Source: Mobula hypostoma
Taxonomy: Eukaryota
Reading direction: 5' to 3'
Length of the DNA stretch: 64,000 nucleotides
Assembly: GCF_963921235.1 (NCBI RefSeq)
Contig: NC_086097.1
Location: 96,598,001-96,662,000 of the forward strand
The notes under the pieces are model-generated. The model was not told the DNA's origin. It searched no databases and saw only the letters and a program-made list of their open reading frames with translations. The position numbers and the translations under genes are program-made. Shown here one piece after another: positions 25,373 to 39,130 of the stretch; the stretch's first letter is position 1; each line of letters begins with the position of its first letter.

Positions 25373-25899
25373 ATTTTGCTTTGCCCCTCTACGACAAAAA
25401 TATTGAAAGTATTCCAGACAAGACCCTGGAAACGGATCACACAGCACTGGTAGTGAAAGAAACTGAGTCGCTATTTCTTCATTATAACACATGCTTGTTC
25501 CTTCATTATAATACATGCTTGCTAAGAGAGTGGGATGATGGCGGAATGGCTACGATAGGATAACAAGATTGTCCCAGCATCACTGGAGGGTTGCGGGTGG
25601 GCATAGGCAGCTGGCAACAGACAATGAAGTTGAATGGGGAAGAAGTATCCAGATCACAGGGGTGGGATGTTGGGGGGGGGCGCAGTTTAGGGTTTACCTG
25701 AAAAATCAAGTTTAACCAATTAAGCCACAATAGCTGTACTATACCTAGAAAGAGGAAGGGCTGTTATTCCTCGAACCAATACTAGGTATCATTGGAAGAT
25801 TGTAGGAGGCTGAAGAGAGGTCAAAGTGAGAAGGAGATGGAGATTTGAAGAGATAGGACTGTGGAAATTCAGGGTATCCCTTGCAAACTGTATGGAACT

Positions 25900-26740
25900 G
25901 TTCTATAAAAACAGCCATACCATTTATATTTGATTTGTCCAATGTAGAAAGCAAATGTAAAATACAAACACCATTTGTGACTGATGCAAGGCACTAAAGT
26001 GGAAGTGCACAAGTTGTTGCTATAACTGGAAGAACTGTTTGGATCCTGGGATGCTATGTGGGAAAAGATGAAAGTGCAGGTGTTGAATCTATGGATGCAT
26101 GGGAAAATGTGTGAGAAGGGGATTGGTTGGTTGAGGAAGAAGTTTGCTATGACCTCATTTTCCATGCAACCAGCCTCCATGTCCAATAGAATCACCTCTT
26201 TAGAATGCTGGAAGGAGTGTGAGAAGCTGACGAAATATCTGCTGATGGAATCCCATTAGGCAGGTAGAAATTATAGAGGACAATCTACTGAACATGGAGG
26301 CTGGTGGGATGGAAACTGAGGTCAAGGCAAATGCTTTCCTAGTACTGGCTGGCAAGAGAGTTGATGAGAACAGAAGTATGAGAAATAAAGGAGACATGGC
26401 TGAAAACCCTGTTACCTATAGTAGAGGAGAAGTTTCAATGAAGGGAAAAGGAAGATATTTTAAAGGCACTCATGTTTGAAGTCATATCAACACCATAGAT
26501 ATGGTGGAGAAATTGGGAGTATGGAATGGAATTCTTGCTGGATGGGACGACGTGTTGCTGAGATGGTTGTGGGAGTTGGTAGACACTGGCAAATGGAGAG
26601 GTGAAGAAGGTCAGATATGGACTCTGTGAATGTGAGAGCAGGATGGAAACTGGCAGCAAAGGTAAAGAAGTTTGAGTCCAATATGACTATTGGAAGTAGC
26701 TGCATCACTGTAGTGAAGAAAGGGCTGTGTGTGGGTGTGT
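25900..26740 (-). mobile_element. Old, degraded Penelope-like element fragment
   Basis: Residual KNSIPYSQFL (compare KNAIPFSQFL in 51266-52624) and a decayed GIY-YIG-like region. Confidence 0.5.
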
Positions 26741-28996
26741 TACAGCCACTGGAAATTAATATTGAATTTAATGTGTTTCTCTCTGTACAGATGTGGCTGT
26801 GTCTTTGGTTTTACTTCCATTTCAATTTTTTTTTGTCTCACGAACTGCTTTTTAATTAACCGTTACATGGATAACGTTTGCCTGCATCCTGTCACAGATA
26901 TCCCCTCTAATCTTTCCATGCTGCCATATCTCTTCAATTTAAAACATGCTTGTCTTCTCTCCTTTTTTGTTCTGAATAATAATCCATAGCACAAAGCAAG
27001 CATCTTCATTTATCTTCTCCACTGATACTTTGGGTGCTTCTAGCATGAAGTGTTTAATGCTTTAAATTTTATAAATCTAATTTTTTTAGAGTATAAAAGT
27101 GTGTAGATCATAGTGGAACTTTAAAATCTAATTTAGTCCTCAGATGAAGTGTTACAGTCCTGGAAGACATATTTCAAGAAAAAGTACAGACAAATTTAGC
27201 AGGGAATTAGCAGCTCAATGGACAATTATTGCCTTTCTCCTTGTAACAAACAATGTCAAGCTATTACCTACCAAGCTTTCAAAATAATTCTAGGTTTGGA
27301 GACATGGATATTTGAATCTGGAGCAAAAAGACTACTGCTTGCATGTTCAACAGCATCAATGGAGGCAAAGAAATGGTTGATGTTTCAGATCAAGTCCCTG
27401 CTTCAGAGTATGAGAGAATAAAGAGGTAGACATAAAGCTCATCCTCCTCCTTATCCAGTTTTCCAGCCTCTTTCTGTACCTTAACCTTCCCCCATTTGGC
27501 TCCATCAGCACATCATCCCCCACCTCACATAGTTCCACCTACCACCAGCCTTCCACTCACCTCATTATACTGACCATCTTCCTAGTACATTCTTAGTCCT
27601 GTTGCAGGGTCTTGGTCCAAAATGTCAACTATATCTTTGTCTCCATGGATGTTTATTGGCGTGCTGATTTCTTCCTGCAGCTTGTTTCTTGTGGAAATTA
27701 TAGGTATGACAGAGCAGGAAGAGAAAACTGTGGTGATGAGTAGACAACTAGTGTTCATATGTTCAAAATTATTGACTAAAGACCTATAGAGGAGATGGGA
27801 AGAGATGTTTTTACTTTGGGGGTTGTCAATGGTTGTGATTGTGAAGTTGTATGCTTTTGTAGATGAGGAACTTCGGGATTATTGACTTGTTGAGGAATAG
27901 ACTGCTCCCTGAAGGAGGAAGCACACCGACTGTGCGTTCGTTATAACAGCCGTCCGGCAGTGCTTGCGCAGTACCAAGCAGAAGCACACCCTCAGAACTG
28001 ACTCGTGTCACCCTGCTATCTGGTGGATGAAAGTTTATTTTGTTGTAAGTCAGAATGAAACAGCACATTTACAGCCAGATCATGCCAGACCTGCTGGCAC
28101 TTGTGATCTAGGGTGATACATAAATAATGTGGCTTTGAATTAAGATTGCAGAACGATGTGAATCAATAAATATTGGGTAATGAATGATTTTTGGTCATAT
28201 CTCAAGGGGCCTCTGTAAAACTCTAGTTTGAAGTCTATACAGTATCCCAGTTTACCATTCTAGTTGAGATATATTGAAGTCCATTTCTAAGCTAAAATAA
28301 CACGATATGTGTCAGCCTTTGCTTGTTGGTTGCCTACCATCTCTTTCGAGTTGAGAGATTGGTAACAAGTGTGCAGCTTGCTAAAAATAAAACCCAAGTT
28401 GGTACCAAAAATCCAACGGAATACAGGTTCAGCATGAGTTACAAATGCTCAATATATAGACAGCCAATACATGGCATGCATCATGAATCTGGGAGTGTGG
28501 CAGGATGGATGTGGGGGTAGTGGTGGAAATGGGGCATCTCTGCATGCCTTCCCTTCCCCCACCCCTGTGCTGAAACAGTTATGGGCTGGGTTGAACTGAG
28601 CAGACTCTCTCACTTAACTCTGAGAAGCCAGCTGGTGGCCACGCTCCCTTTACCAGCTTGTTCTCCCTTCGCAGCTGTTTTTGTGATCCTTTTGCATCAC
28701 CTTCAAAACAACTTGCCTTCGGTCTGGGCACGTTACTGCATATGGACTCTGTATCAAGTTCTCCTACTTCAGATAACTTACATTATCGGTGAGTTATCAG
28801 AACTGGACACCTCTGCTTTAAGTCATCCATCCAAGATATTGGTTCAGTTTTTCTCTCTCCATTAGTTTTACTTGACCATCTGGACATGTGCAACAGCCCT
28901 GCTATCAGCAACACGCCAGGGGTTTTGGGCAGGACAGGAGAATGAATAAAGTATAAGACATATAAATTGTCATAACAGGAAATTTTACTTTTTCAG

Positions 28997-29091
28997 GAAA
29001 CTGGACCCACGATTGTTGGAGATGAGAACTCAGATGTGAATCTTATGAACTACCTTGGAGCTGAGAAAACCACTGTATTGGGAAATAATTT
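28997..29091 (+). CDS. GCHFR: GCHFR coding exon 2 (ETGPTIVGDENSDVNLMNYLGAEKTTVLGNN + split F codon)
   Basis: ttttcag acceptor, gtgagt donor, 95 nt. Aligns to human [32 protein letters not shown]. Confidence 0.97.
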
Positions 29092-30025
29092 GTGAGTAAT
29101 ACATGTCAAAACACCTCAAAGTAGGGCATCTGACGTCTAGTGATTTTTAACAATTCATTGTCGATCTACTTGGCTCTTTGTATTCTGCAGCCTGGAATTG
29201 GCTCTTACCAGATTTATACCAGCTGCTCACCTTAGTACGGAATGAGTCAGAGAGAATTTTAGCGGGAATGACTGAACTCGACAATTAGTACCTTTCCTAT
29301 TTAAATCTCGATGAGTTTCTGATTTTCGAAGTAAATTACAATATCTCTGATACAGATCGCTTCAGAATTTAGTTCATTAGCAATCCCCTGCCACCCTCTG
29401 CAGACCTGAGGCACTGCCTTCAATTCTTTTTATTTTTCAGAGATGTGCCTTTGTCCCTTGCAAATGGCCAGCAGCATAGTAATATTTGGAGTTATAGAGA
29501 TTAATTCCTTATTATCTGGCTCTCAGGTTAATCCCCCAGTCTAATTTCCTGCACTTATTTCCATGTAACCCATTTTCTCAAATGTTACTCGGTCCATCCA
29601 GATTCTCTTACTGTCTACCTACACTGAGAGACTCTGACACACAGTTCTCTCTGTGCGACAGGAGAGTACACATCACGGTACAATATCCCCTGCTTTATTA
29701 TTTCGCACATTAATATTGTGTGTGTTATTATTAGTTAAGTCTGCACACCGCTGAGTGTGTTTTTAAACATTGCTGCTGTAATGAAAGAATTTCCCATTGG
29801 GGATCAATAAAGTGCTTATCATTATTATTAAAGAAAATCCCAATGGAAATCCTAATGCTATGATCTCTTCATTCCTGCTGAGAAATTGAGCATAAGTGGT
29901 GAGGAGCCCCAGCTGAGGTAAACCATTATGATTAAGCTGTCTTTTCTGCACAAATGGCTCCTTCCACTCCCAATTTACTTCAGCTCACTCACGCATAAAT
30001 TACACCTGCTTAATCTGAGAGACTA

Positions 30026-30554
30026 TATAGTACTGTTCAGAAGTTTTAGGCACATGTATATAGCCAGAGCAGTCTAGATTTTGGCGCAGTACTGTATTTA
30101 TCAACATGGAGCGGATATCAAGTTTGTAAATCTGCCAGGAGCAAAGGATGTTGGGAATGGTGAGGGTGGAGCGCCGTGGGAGGGGGGTGGGTTAGGGGTG
30201 CCGGGGTGGGGGCTAGTACAAGTGCAGACTCACCCAGCCCTGAGACACCAGTCAAGGTCATTTAATTCCAAACAATTGGTTTATTGATCATTACAGAATG
30301 TATCTCTGGTGCTTCCTGTTCCCTCCCCTCTCCCTTCCCCTTTACCCAGCCATGATTCCCCTCTCCCAGCCCTGGTCCCACTCTCAGGCAACAATAGAGA
30401 CCCATGTCAGAATCAGGTTTATCATCACTCATATGAAATTTGTTTTTTTTGTGGCAGTAGTACAGTGCAATATGTAAAATTACTACAGTACTGTGCAAAA
30501 GTCTTAGCCACCCTAGCTACGTATATGTGGATAAGACTTTTGCACAGTACTGTA
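30026..30554. mobile_element. Tc1/mariner-like non-autonomous element bounded by two ~70-bp self-complementary units
   Basis: tacagtactgtgcaaaagtctta...taagacttttgcacagtactgta at 30484-30554 and a diverged inverted copy at 30026-30096; TA ends. Confidence 0.65.
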
Positions 30555-30649
30555 TAACAGAAGATTCTGGCATCAAAACAGATATAATGGCAAAAATAAT
30601 TGAAGGAAATAATTAGTTAAGAGAAATATTCACAACTGAAGAGCAAATG

Positions 30650-31310
30650 AAAGAAGATATTTAGGACATGACTAGGCCACTTAATTTCTTCATTACTGTT
30701 GGTTGATCTGTAACCTAACCCTGCTTGCCCACTTTTACCCCACATCATTCAACAGCTTTGGCTGACAAAAATCTATCTTTCTCATGTGTAAAATAAACAC
30801 TATTGGCAATCAATTCCATTTCAATTAAATCATCCCTTCATCTTCCACCTTCTAGAAACCATAACTATAGTTTGTATAACCTCTCCTCAAACTTTATATC
30901 TGAGGGTTATCATACTGTTAAATGTGCACTAGAATCCCTTCAAGCCTATTGTGTGCAGTAAATAACAAAGGAGAAGGCTGAGTGAGAAATAAATAAGACA
31001 TTGGTTTGTCCCCATTACCGTTGACACCTTTATTACTCCAGAACCCACCAACCTTAACTTTAAATGTACCCAATGACTTGGTCTCACAGCTGCCTGTGGC
31101 AATGAATTCCACCCTCTGACGAAAGAGATTCCCCTCTTCTTTGTTTTAAAGGGACATCCTTGAATTCTGTGGCTGTGCCCTTTGATCCTAGACTCTCCAG
31201 ACATCCTCTCCATGTCCACTCTACCCAAGATCTTCAGTATTTGGTAGGTTTAAATGAGATAGCCCTTCATTCTTCTAAATTCCAGTGGGCACAGGCCCAG
31301 AGCCTTCCTG
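30650..31310 (-). mobile_element. CR1 3' fragments
   Basis: ORF 30929-31228 (GESRIKGHS, WNSLPQAAV). Confidence 0.7.
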
Positions 31311-31649
31311 AGCCACTCCTTGGTTTCAAAGATTCTTTTACCCAATTCTCCCTGGAACTTAAGCTTCTTTTATCTCTGTGCAATTCTGACAAAGGGTTTT
31401 TGATTTGGAATGTCATGTTTCTCTTCTCACAGGTGCAGTCTGACCTGTTCAGTATATCCAACACCATGCATGATGTGTTGCTATAGATCTGCTGTTATTC
31501 TTCTTGCACTAGTTATTTTTGGAACGTAATTTTGTCACATTGTACTGTTGTATTAAAACAACAAATTTCACAACAGAAGTCAATGATAATAAATCTGATT
31601 CTGATTAATTGTCTTTTTCAAAACAATCTTTTGCATTCCTTTAGTAACT

Positions 31650-32530
31650 TATTAACAGCACTTTTCATACAAACGATGTAGTTCAATGTGCTTTACAATG
31701 GGATGAAGCCAAGTGGTCAAGGCGTTCGTCTAGTTACCTCAAGGTCGCTAGTTTGAGCCTCAGCTGTGGCAGCGTGTTTGTGCCCTTGAGTAAGGCACTT
31801 AATCACACATTGCTCTAGTCTGTGCAAGGAGTGGTGCCCCACATAGACTTCCAATCTGCCTTTTGTAAGGCATGAAAATGCCCGACGCAGGCCTCTCATG
31901 GTCTGAGTCGACGTTCCCAACAATGGGATGAAGTGCAAACTTGAAAATAAAAGACAAAAATGTTAATTACAAGCAAAGTTGAATAAATAGGTTTTGAGTT
32001 GGCATTTAAAAGCGTCAAGTGAGACTGCATCCCCTTATAGTTTTAGGTTTGTAATTCCATAGTTTAGGAGTACAGTTCAAAAAAGTTGACCTACCAACTT
32101 TCTTCTGAGGCAGCAGTTCTCTGATACTCTGGTCCCAGACCTTTGAGAGCTTTAAACACAAGTAAGAGAACTTTAAAATGAATTCTAAAAGATACAGGAA
32201 GCTAATGCAGAGTAGTAATAGAGAGAGTAATGGGAGTGATATGTTTCCTCATCCAGGTTTTAGTTAAAAGATTAGCAGTGGCGTTCTGAATGAGTTAAAG
32301 CTTGCCAATAGAATGCTTTGGAAGGTCAGTAAAAAGTGCTCTGGTAATTTGGTCTATTCCACATGAAGGTGTGAATTAGTTTTACATCCTCATTACGTGA
32401 CAGAAACCGATGTACCTTTGCAATATTTCTCTGGTCACTTTCTTTATGAGGGATTTAAAATTCAAATCTGGATCAGGAATAATATCCAGGCTTGCTACTT
32501 CTGATTTTACACGGGGAGCCAGGTTTATCC
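31650..32530 (-). mobile_element. L2-type LINE 3' fragment
   Basis: Minus-strand LHxLPVSFRIHFKVLLLVFKAL motif, typical of the L2 ORF2 C-terminus. Confidence 0.7.
31709..31919 (+). mobile_element. tRNA-derived SINE with a CORE-like segment
   Basis: ccaagtggtcaaggcg A-box-like start; gtgcccttgagtaaggcacttaa CORE-like segment; 14-bp TSD acaatgggatgaag at 31695-31708 and 31920-31933. Confidence 0.75.
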
Positions 32531-32676
32531 AGAAGTTTAAGAATGTTACTTACCCTTGCATTTCTCTGGTAGCTGATCAATTATAATTAACAAAAATCAG
32601 GTTATCATGCACTTTTGTATGTTCTAATAGTTTACCAAGGATGGATGGCTCTTGGTTTCCCCTGTTTCCTTACTTC

Positions 32677-34035
32677 AGACCATAAGATATAGGAGCAGAA
32701 TTAGGCCATTTGGAGGCACATAACAAGATAGGCCAAAGCCAGCATGGTTTCCTGAAAGGATAATCCTTCCTGACAAACCTGCTGCAATTCTTTGAGGAAA
32801 TTACAAGCAGGGTAGACAAAGGAGATGTAGTAGATGTGGTGTACTTGGATTTTCAGAAGGCCTTCGACAAGGTGCCGCACATGAGGCTGTTTAGCAAGAT
32901 AAGAGCCTATGGAATTACAGGGAAGTTACTAGCATGTGTGGAGCATTGGCTGGTTGGCAGAAAACAGAGAGTGGGAATAAAGGGATCCTATTCTGGCTGG
33001 TTGCCAGTTACCAGTGGAGTTCCACGGGGGTCAGATGTTGGGACCACTACTTTTTATGATGTATGTCAATGATTTGGACTATGGGATTAATGGATTTGTG
33101 GCTAAATTTGTTGATGATATAAAGATAGGTGGAGGAGCGGGTAGTGTTGAGGAAACAGAGAGCCTGCAGAGAGACTTAGTTTAGGGGAATGGGCAAAGAA
33201 GTGGTAAATGAAATACAATGCTGGAAAGTGTACAGTTTTGCACTTTGGTGGAAGAAATAAACAGGCAGACTATTATTTAGATGGGGAGAGAATTCAAAAT
33301 GCAGAGATGCAAAGGGACTTGGGAGACCTTGTGCAGGATACCCCAATGGTTAGCCTCCAGGTTGAGTCGGTGGTGCAGAAAGCAAACACAATGTTGGCAT
33401 TCATTTCTAGAAGTATAGAATATAAGAGCAGAGATGTGATGTTGAGGCTCGATAAGGCACTCATGAGACCACACTTCGAGTATTGTGTGCAGGTTTGGGG
33501 TCGGGTCCTTATTTTGGAAAGGATATACTGACATTGGAGAGGGTTCAGAGAAGATTCACGAGAATGATTTCAGGAATGAAAGGCTTACCGTATGAGGAAT
33601 ATCTGGCAGCTCTTGGGCTGTAATCCATGGAGTTCAGGAGAAGGAGGGGGGATCTCATAGAAACATTCCGAATGTTAAAAGGCCTGAACAGATTAGATAT
33701 GGCATAGTTATTTCCCGTGGTAGGGGATTCTAGGACAAGAAGGCACGACTTCAGGATTGAAGGACGTCCTTTTAGAACTGAGATGTGGAGAAATTACTTT
33801 AGTCAGAGGGTAGTAAATCTGTGGAACTTGTTACCACGAGCGGCTGTGGAGGCCAAGTCATTGGGTGTATTTAAGGCAGAGATAGATAGGTTCTTGATTA
33901 GCCAGGGCATCAAAGGGTATGGGGTGAACACAGGGGAGTGGGGCTGACTGGAAGAATTAGATCAGCACATGATTAAATGGTGGAGCAGACTCAATGGGCT
34001 GAATGGCCAACTTCTGCTCCTATATCTTATGGTCT
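32677..34035 (+). mobile_element. CR1 LINE 3' part, preceded by an inverted copy of its own 3' terminus
   Basis: VYLDFQKAFDKVPH, SGVPRGS, FVDD, YFSQRVVNLWN. 32677-32710 is the near reverse complement of 34002-34035. Confidence 0.88.
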
Positions 34036-34814
34036 CAACCTGAAGGATTTTGAGCATATAGTGCTAGAACAAATATAAATCTGTGAGGATATGTTTTACC
34101 CCATGACTCTGAAAGGTTTGTTTAGAAACATGATAAAAATGGAAACCAGGAAGAGTAGTTCTTTGCTGCAACACAAGTGCTACAGTCCTGGTAGATACCT
34201 TCTGTTAACAGTGTCATTTATTTAATTTAATTTGTCCTGCATGATTCCTGCCTAACGTGGTGGCAGCTTAAAAACATAGAAACCAACAAGTTCTGATGAA
34301 ATTCTGGGCGCTCTGAAGTAATGGAATGAAGCTCTTCTTAATTTTCTAGTCACCAATTGGCTGGCAAATGGGAACTGCAACATGAGGAAATTAGGCTGCA
34401 ATTAAGCTGGGTCCTATGTATAAACCATTCTTAAGTACACAAAGTTATCCAGTGAATTTCCCCCGTCTCCCTATACTATAATATGATGTATGGAGGGGTG
34501 AGATGTTTCTATTTTTAGCTGAATTAATCATTTTGGGATGTGTCCCATTATAACTCACTGGCCTGTCATTTTAAGGATTTGTATTTCTGGTGATACCTGC
34601 TGAGTTTGTTCTATGGATTCTGACCATTGAATTTTTGTTTCATTTATGTTCCTACAGAATGCTTCCTCAACCATATCATGTCATCCATGTTTGAAATAAT
34701 CCCAGAATTGAGTCCTCTCATTTGCATTGTTTGGAAACATTTTTAGATATTTAGTTCCAGCTTTTTATGCTGTTCTACTTGAATCTGAGGGAAATGAGCC
34801 AATTCTAAATTCTA

Positions 34815-35360
34815 AATACGCAGTTTTGGTCCCCTAATCTGAGGAAAGACATTCTTGCCATAGAGGGAGTACAAAGAAGGTTCACCAGATTGATTCCTGG
34901 GACGGCAGGACTTTCATATGATGAAAGACTGGATCGACTAGGCTTATACTCGTTGGAATTTAGAAGATTGAGGGGGGATCTTATTGAAACGTATAAAATC
35001 CTAAAGGGATTGGACAGGCTAGATGCAGGAAGATTGTTCCCGATGTTGGGGAAGTCCAGAACGAGGGGTCACAGTTTGAGGATAAAGGGCAGGCCTTTTA
35101 GGATCGAGATTAGGAAAAACTTCTTCACACAGAGAGTGGTGAATCTGTGGAATTCTCTGCCACAGGAAACAATTGAGGCCAGTTCATTGGCTATATTTAA
35201 GAGGGAGTTAGATATGGCCCTTGTGGCTAAAGGGATCAGGGGGTATGGAGGGAAGGCTGGTACAGGGCTCTGAATTGGATGATCAGCCATGATCACACTG
35301 AATGGCGGTGCAGGCTCGAAGGGCCGAATGGCCTACTCCACCTATTTTCTATGCTTCTCT
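34815..35360 (+). mobile_element. Relatively young CR1 3' end
   Basis: Clean ORF 34890-35273 (LGLYSLEFRRLRGDLIETYKIL...FFTQRVVNLWNSLP). Confidence 0.9.
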
Positions 35361-35949
35361 GTAACCTGACATTGGAATGGCAATAGGATACTGTAGCATA
35401 GAATGGGAAAGAGCTGAATTCCATGTCTTTTCCTAGACAGAAGACATTGCAGAATTCCTTCATGTTAAAAACTATCACATGGTCATGAACTGGTCAAATG
35501 CCAAAATGAACTGTTTTTAACCTGAAGCATCAATCCTATTTCATTCCTCAAGTGCTGCCTGCCTCGCTGAATGTTTCCAGTAATTACACAGTTAAAGAAG
35601 GTGTAGCTTTTTTAAAATTTCTAGCACACGCTTTCCCTGGCTGAAGACTCCTCACCAAGGATAGAGCAAAAGTAGGAGAGATGCACAGAAGGCCAAAGGT
35701 TGGGAGGTGGACACCTCAAGTTTGCAGGTTACAGCATTGCAGGTTTAGAGATGAGATTGGCTGAGGGCAGGTGTATGATATTTAAGAGGTATCAATACGA
35801 CGAGATGTAAACTCATGCTTTCTGCGTTTGCTGAGGTTTCTGAAGATTGAGGCTAGGAGGCTTGCAGGAGAGTACTGTAATAGTTGATGCTAGAAATGAC
35901 TAAAGAATTATGAAATTAAATTAAAACATAAATAAACTGACCAGAGAAG

Positions 35950-38900
35950 TATTTCTACACCTAAGAAATATTGCAAAGGTACGTCAGCTTCTGTCACGTA
36001 ATGATGCTGTAAAACTAATTCACGCCTTTGTGTAGGATAGACCAGATTACCAGTGCACTTTTTACTGGCCTTCCAAAGCAATCTTGACAAAGTGCAACTC
36101 ATTTGGAATGCCACCGCTAAACTTTTAACTAAAACCAGGACAAGGGAGCATATCACTCTTGTCCTAGCTACTCTGCTTTGACTTCCTGTATCTTTTAGAA
36201 TTGATTTTAAAATTCTCCTCCTTGTTTTTTAAGCTCTCAAAGGTCTGGGGCCAGGATAAATAGTCATAGTCATACTTTATTGATCCCGGGGAAATTGGTT
36301 TTCGTTACAGTTGCACCATAAATAATAAATAGTAATAGAACCATAAATAGTTAAATAGTAACATGTAAATTATGCCAGTAAATTATGAAATAAGTCCAGG
36401 ACCAGCCTATTGGCTCAGGGTGTCTGACCCTCCAAGGGAGGAGTTGTAAAGTTTGATGGCCACAGGCAGGAATGACTTCCTATGACGTTCTGTGCTGCAT
36501 CTCGGTGGAATGAGTCTCTGGCTGAATGTACTCCTGTGCCCACCCAGTACATTATGTAGTGGATGGGAGACATTGACCAAGATGGCATGCAACTTAGACA
36601 GCATCCTCTTTTCAGACACCACCGTCAGAGAGTCCAGTTCCATCCCCACAACATCACTGGCCTTACAAATGAGTTTGTTGATTCTGTTGGTGCCTGCTAC
36701 CCTCAGCCTGCTGCCCCAGCACACAACAGCAAACATGGTAGCACTGGCCACCACAGCTTCGCAGAACATCCGCAGCATCGTCCGGCAGATGTTAAAAGAC
36801 CTCAGTCTCCTCAGGAAATAGAGATGGCTCTGACCCTTCTTGTAGACAGCCTCAGTGTTCTTTGACCAGTTCCAGTTTATTGTCAATTCGTATCTCCAGG
36901 TACCTGTAATCCTCCACCACGTCCACACTGACCCCCTGGACGGAAACAGGGATCACCGATACCCTAGTTCTCCTCAGGTCTACCACCAGCTCCTTAGTCT
37001 TTTTCACATTAAGCTGCAGATAATTCTGCTCACACCATGTGACAAAGTTTCCTACCATAGCCCTATACTCAGCCTCATCTCCTTTGCTGATGCATCCAAC
37101 TGTGGCAGAGTCATCCGAAAACTTCTGAAGATGACAAGACTCTGTGCAGTAGTTGAAGTCCGAGGTGTAAATGGTGAAGAGAAAGGGAGACAAGACAGTC
37201 CCCTGTGGAGCCCCAGTGCTGCTGATCACTCTGTCGGACACACAGTGTTGCAAGCACACGTACTGTGGTCTGCCAGTCAGGTAATCAAGAATCCATGATA
37301 CCAGGGAAGCATCCACCAGCATCGCTGTCAGCTTCTCCCCCAGCAGAGCAGGGCGGATAGTGTTGAACGCACTGGAGAAGTCAAAAAACATGACCCTCAC
37401 AGTGCTCGCTGGCTTGTCCAGGTGGGCGTAGATACGGTTCAGCAGGAAGACAATGGCATCCTCAACTCCTAGTCGGGGCTGGTAGGCGAACTGGAGGGGA
37501 TCTAAATGTGGCCTGACCATAGGCAGGAGCAGCTCCAGAACAAGTCTTTCCAGGGTCTTCATGATGTGGGAGGTCAATGCCACCGGTCTGTAGTCATTGA
37601 GGCCGCTAGGGCGTGGCATCTTCGGCATAGGGATGAGGCAGGACGTCTTCCACAGCACAGGAACCCTCCGGAGCCTCAGGCTCAAGTTGAATACATGGTG
37701 AAGTACTCCACATAGCTGAGGGGCACAGGCTTTGAGCACCCTGGTACTGACGGCACCCAGTCCTGCAGCCTTGCTTGGATTGAGATGTTTCATCTGTCTT
37801 CTCACCTGTTCAGCTGTGAAGCCCACTGTGGTGGTTTCGTGTGGGGAAGGGGTATAGTCAAGAGAGCAGGGTGGGGGACTGTGAGGAGGGGTAGGAGGGG
37901 AGAGTGGAATATGTGTTGGTTGGGGGCCAACAACAGATGGCTCATGTGGGGGATGGGCAGGGGCCACAATGTCAAATCTGTTAAAGAACTGGTTAAGTTC
38001 ATTGGCCCTGTTCATACTGCCTTCAGCTCCTCTGTTGCTGGTTTGCCGGAACACAGTGATGATCCTCATCCCCCTCCGGACCTCTCTCATGTTGTTCTGC
38101 TGGAGTTTCCACTCAAGCTTCCTCCTGTACCTGTCTTTAGCCTCCCTGATCCTGGCTTTCAGGTCCCTCTGTATTGCCCTCAGCTCCTCCCTATTTCCAT
38201 CTCTAAACACCCTCTTTTTAGCATTCAGGATGTCCTTAATATCCTTTGTCACCCATGGCTTGTTATTTGAATAACAAAGGACAGTTCTTGTCAGAACATT
38301 GCAGTTCACACAGAAGTTGATGTAATCAGTGATGCACTCTGTGAGCCCATCAATATCCTCTCCATGTGCCTGCCAGTCTGTCACCTCAAAACAACCCTGG
38401 AGCGCCTCATAAGCCTCCTCCAACCATTTTCTCACTGTCCTCGAGGTTGCAGGTTTACTCTTCACCAGAGGCACATAGCAGGGTTTTAGATGCACCAGGT
38501 TGTGATCTGACCTTCCCAGTGGGGGGGGGGAGAGGAGAGGAGAGGAGCTGTATGCATCCTTAAAGTTAGCATACATCAAATCCAGAGTCCTCTCCCCTCT
38601 GGTTGTACAGCTCACATACTGCGTGAAGTTGGGCAGTGTTCTAGCCATGGTAACCTGGTTGAAGTCACCCGAGATGGTAATGAGGGCACTCAGGTGCTGG
38701 GTTTGTAATCTGGCTATGACGGTGTAAATGATGTTACACGATGACGTTGGGTTGGCAGAGGGAGGGATGTACACAACAACCACAATTGCATGCAAGATTT
38801 CCCTTGGCAAATAATATGGCCGGAGTCCAACAGTAAAAAGTTCAATATCCAAATTACAGCATTGTTTTGTTTTATAATCCTCAAGCTCTCAGGTCTTCTT

Positions 38901-39130
38901 GTGCTAGTTGTAAATCTAAACAACCTTCCACAAAAGATAATTGGCAGATCAGCTTTTTTGAACTACACTCCTGAACTGGAATTCAATACCTTAGACTGTG
39001 AGGGATGCTCTCAGTTGACACTTGTAAACACCAGTCCAAAACCTATTTATTTAACCTCACTACAAACGAACACCTTGTTGTCATCTATTTTTATACGAAC
39101 ATTTGTATTTGCACTTTATCCTCTCAAAAA
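35950..39130 (+). mobile_element. L2 3' fragment (~35950-36258 and ~38853-39130), split by a Rex1/Babar insertion
   Basis: EHITLVLATL..LPVSFRIDFKILLLVF motif left of the insertion; the L2-like 3' end continues to its right. Confidence 0.6.
36259..38852 (-). mobile_element. Rex1/Babar-type LINE: partial endonuclease and RT, one frameshift
   Basis: ORF 36852-38852 (GDFN, LGRSDH, NDYRPVALTS, FFDFSSAFNTI, GAPQGTVLSP, FSDD) continues in 36407-36928; (tagtca)n tail. Confidence 0.92.

Noticed and set aside
25474..25521. Short local tandem duplication ttcttcattataacacatgcttg (another at ~12468-12506)
   Set aside because: Two-copy slippage repeats with no spacers; not CRISPR-like and no sign of function.
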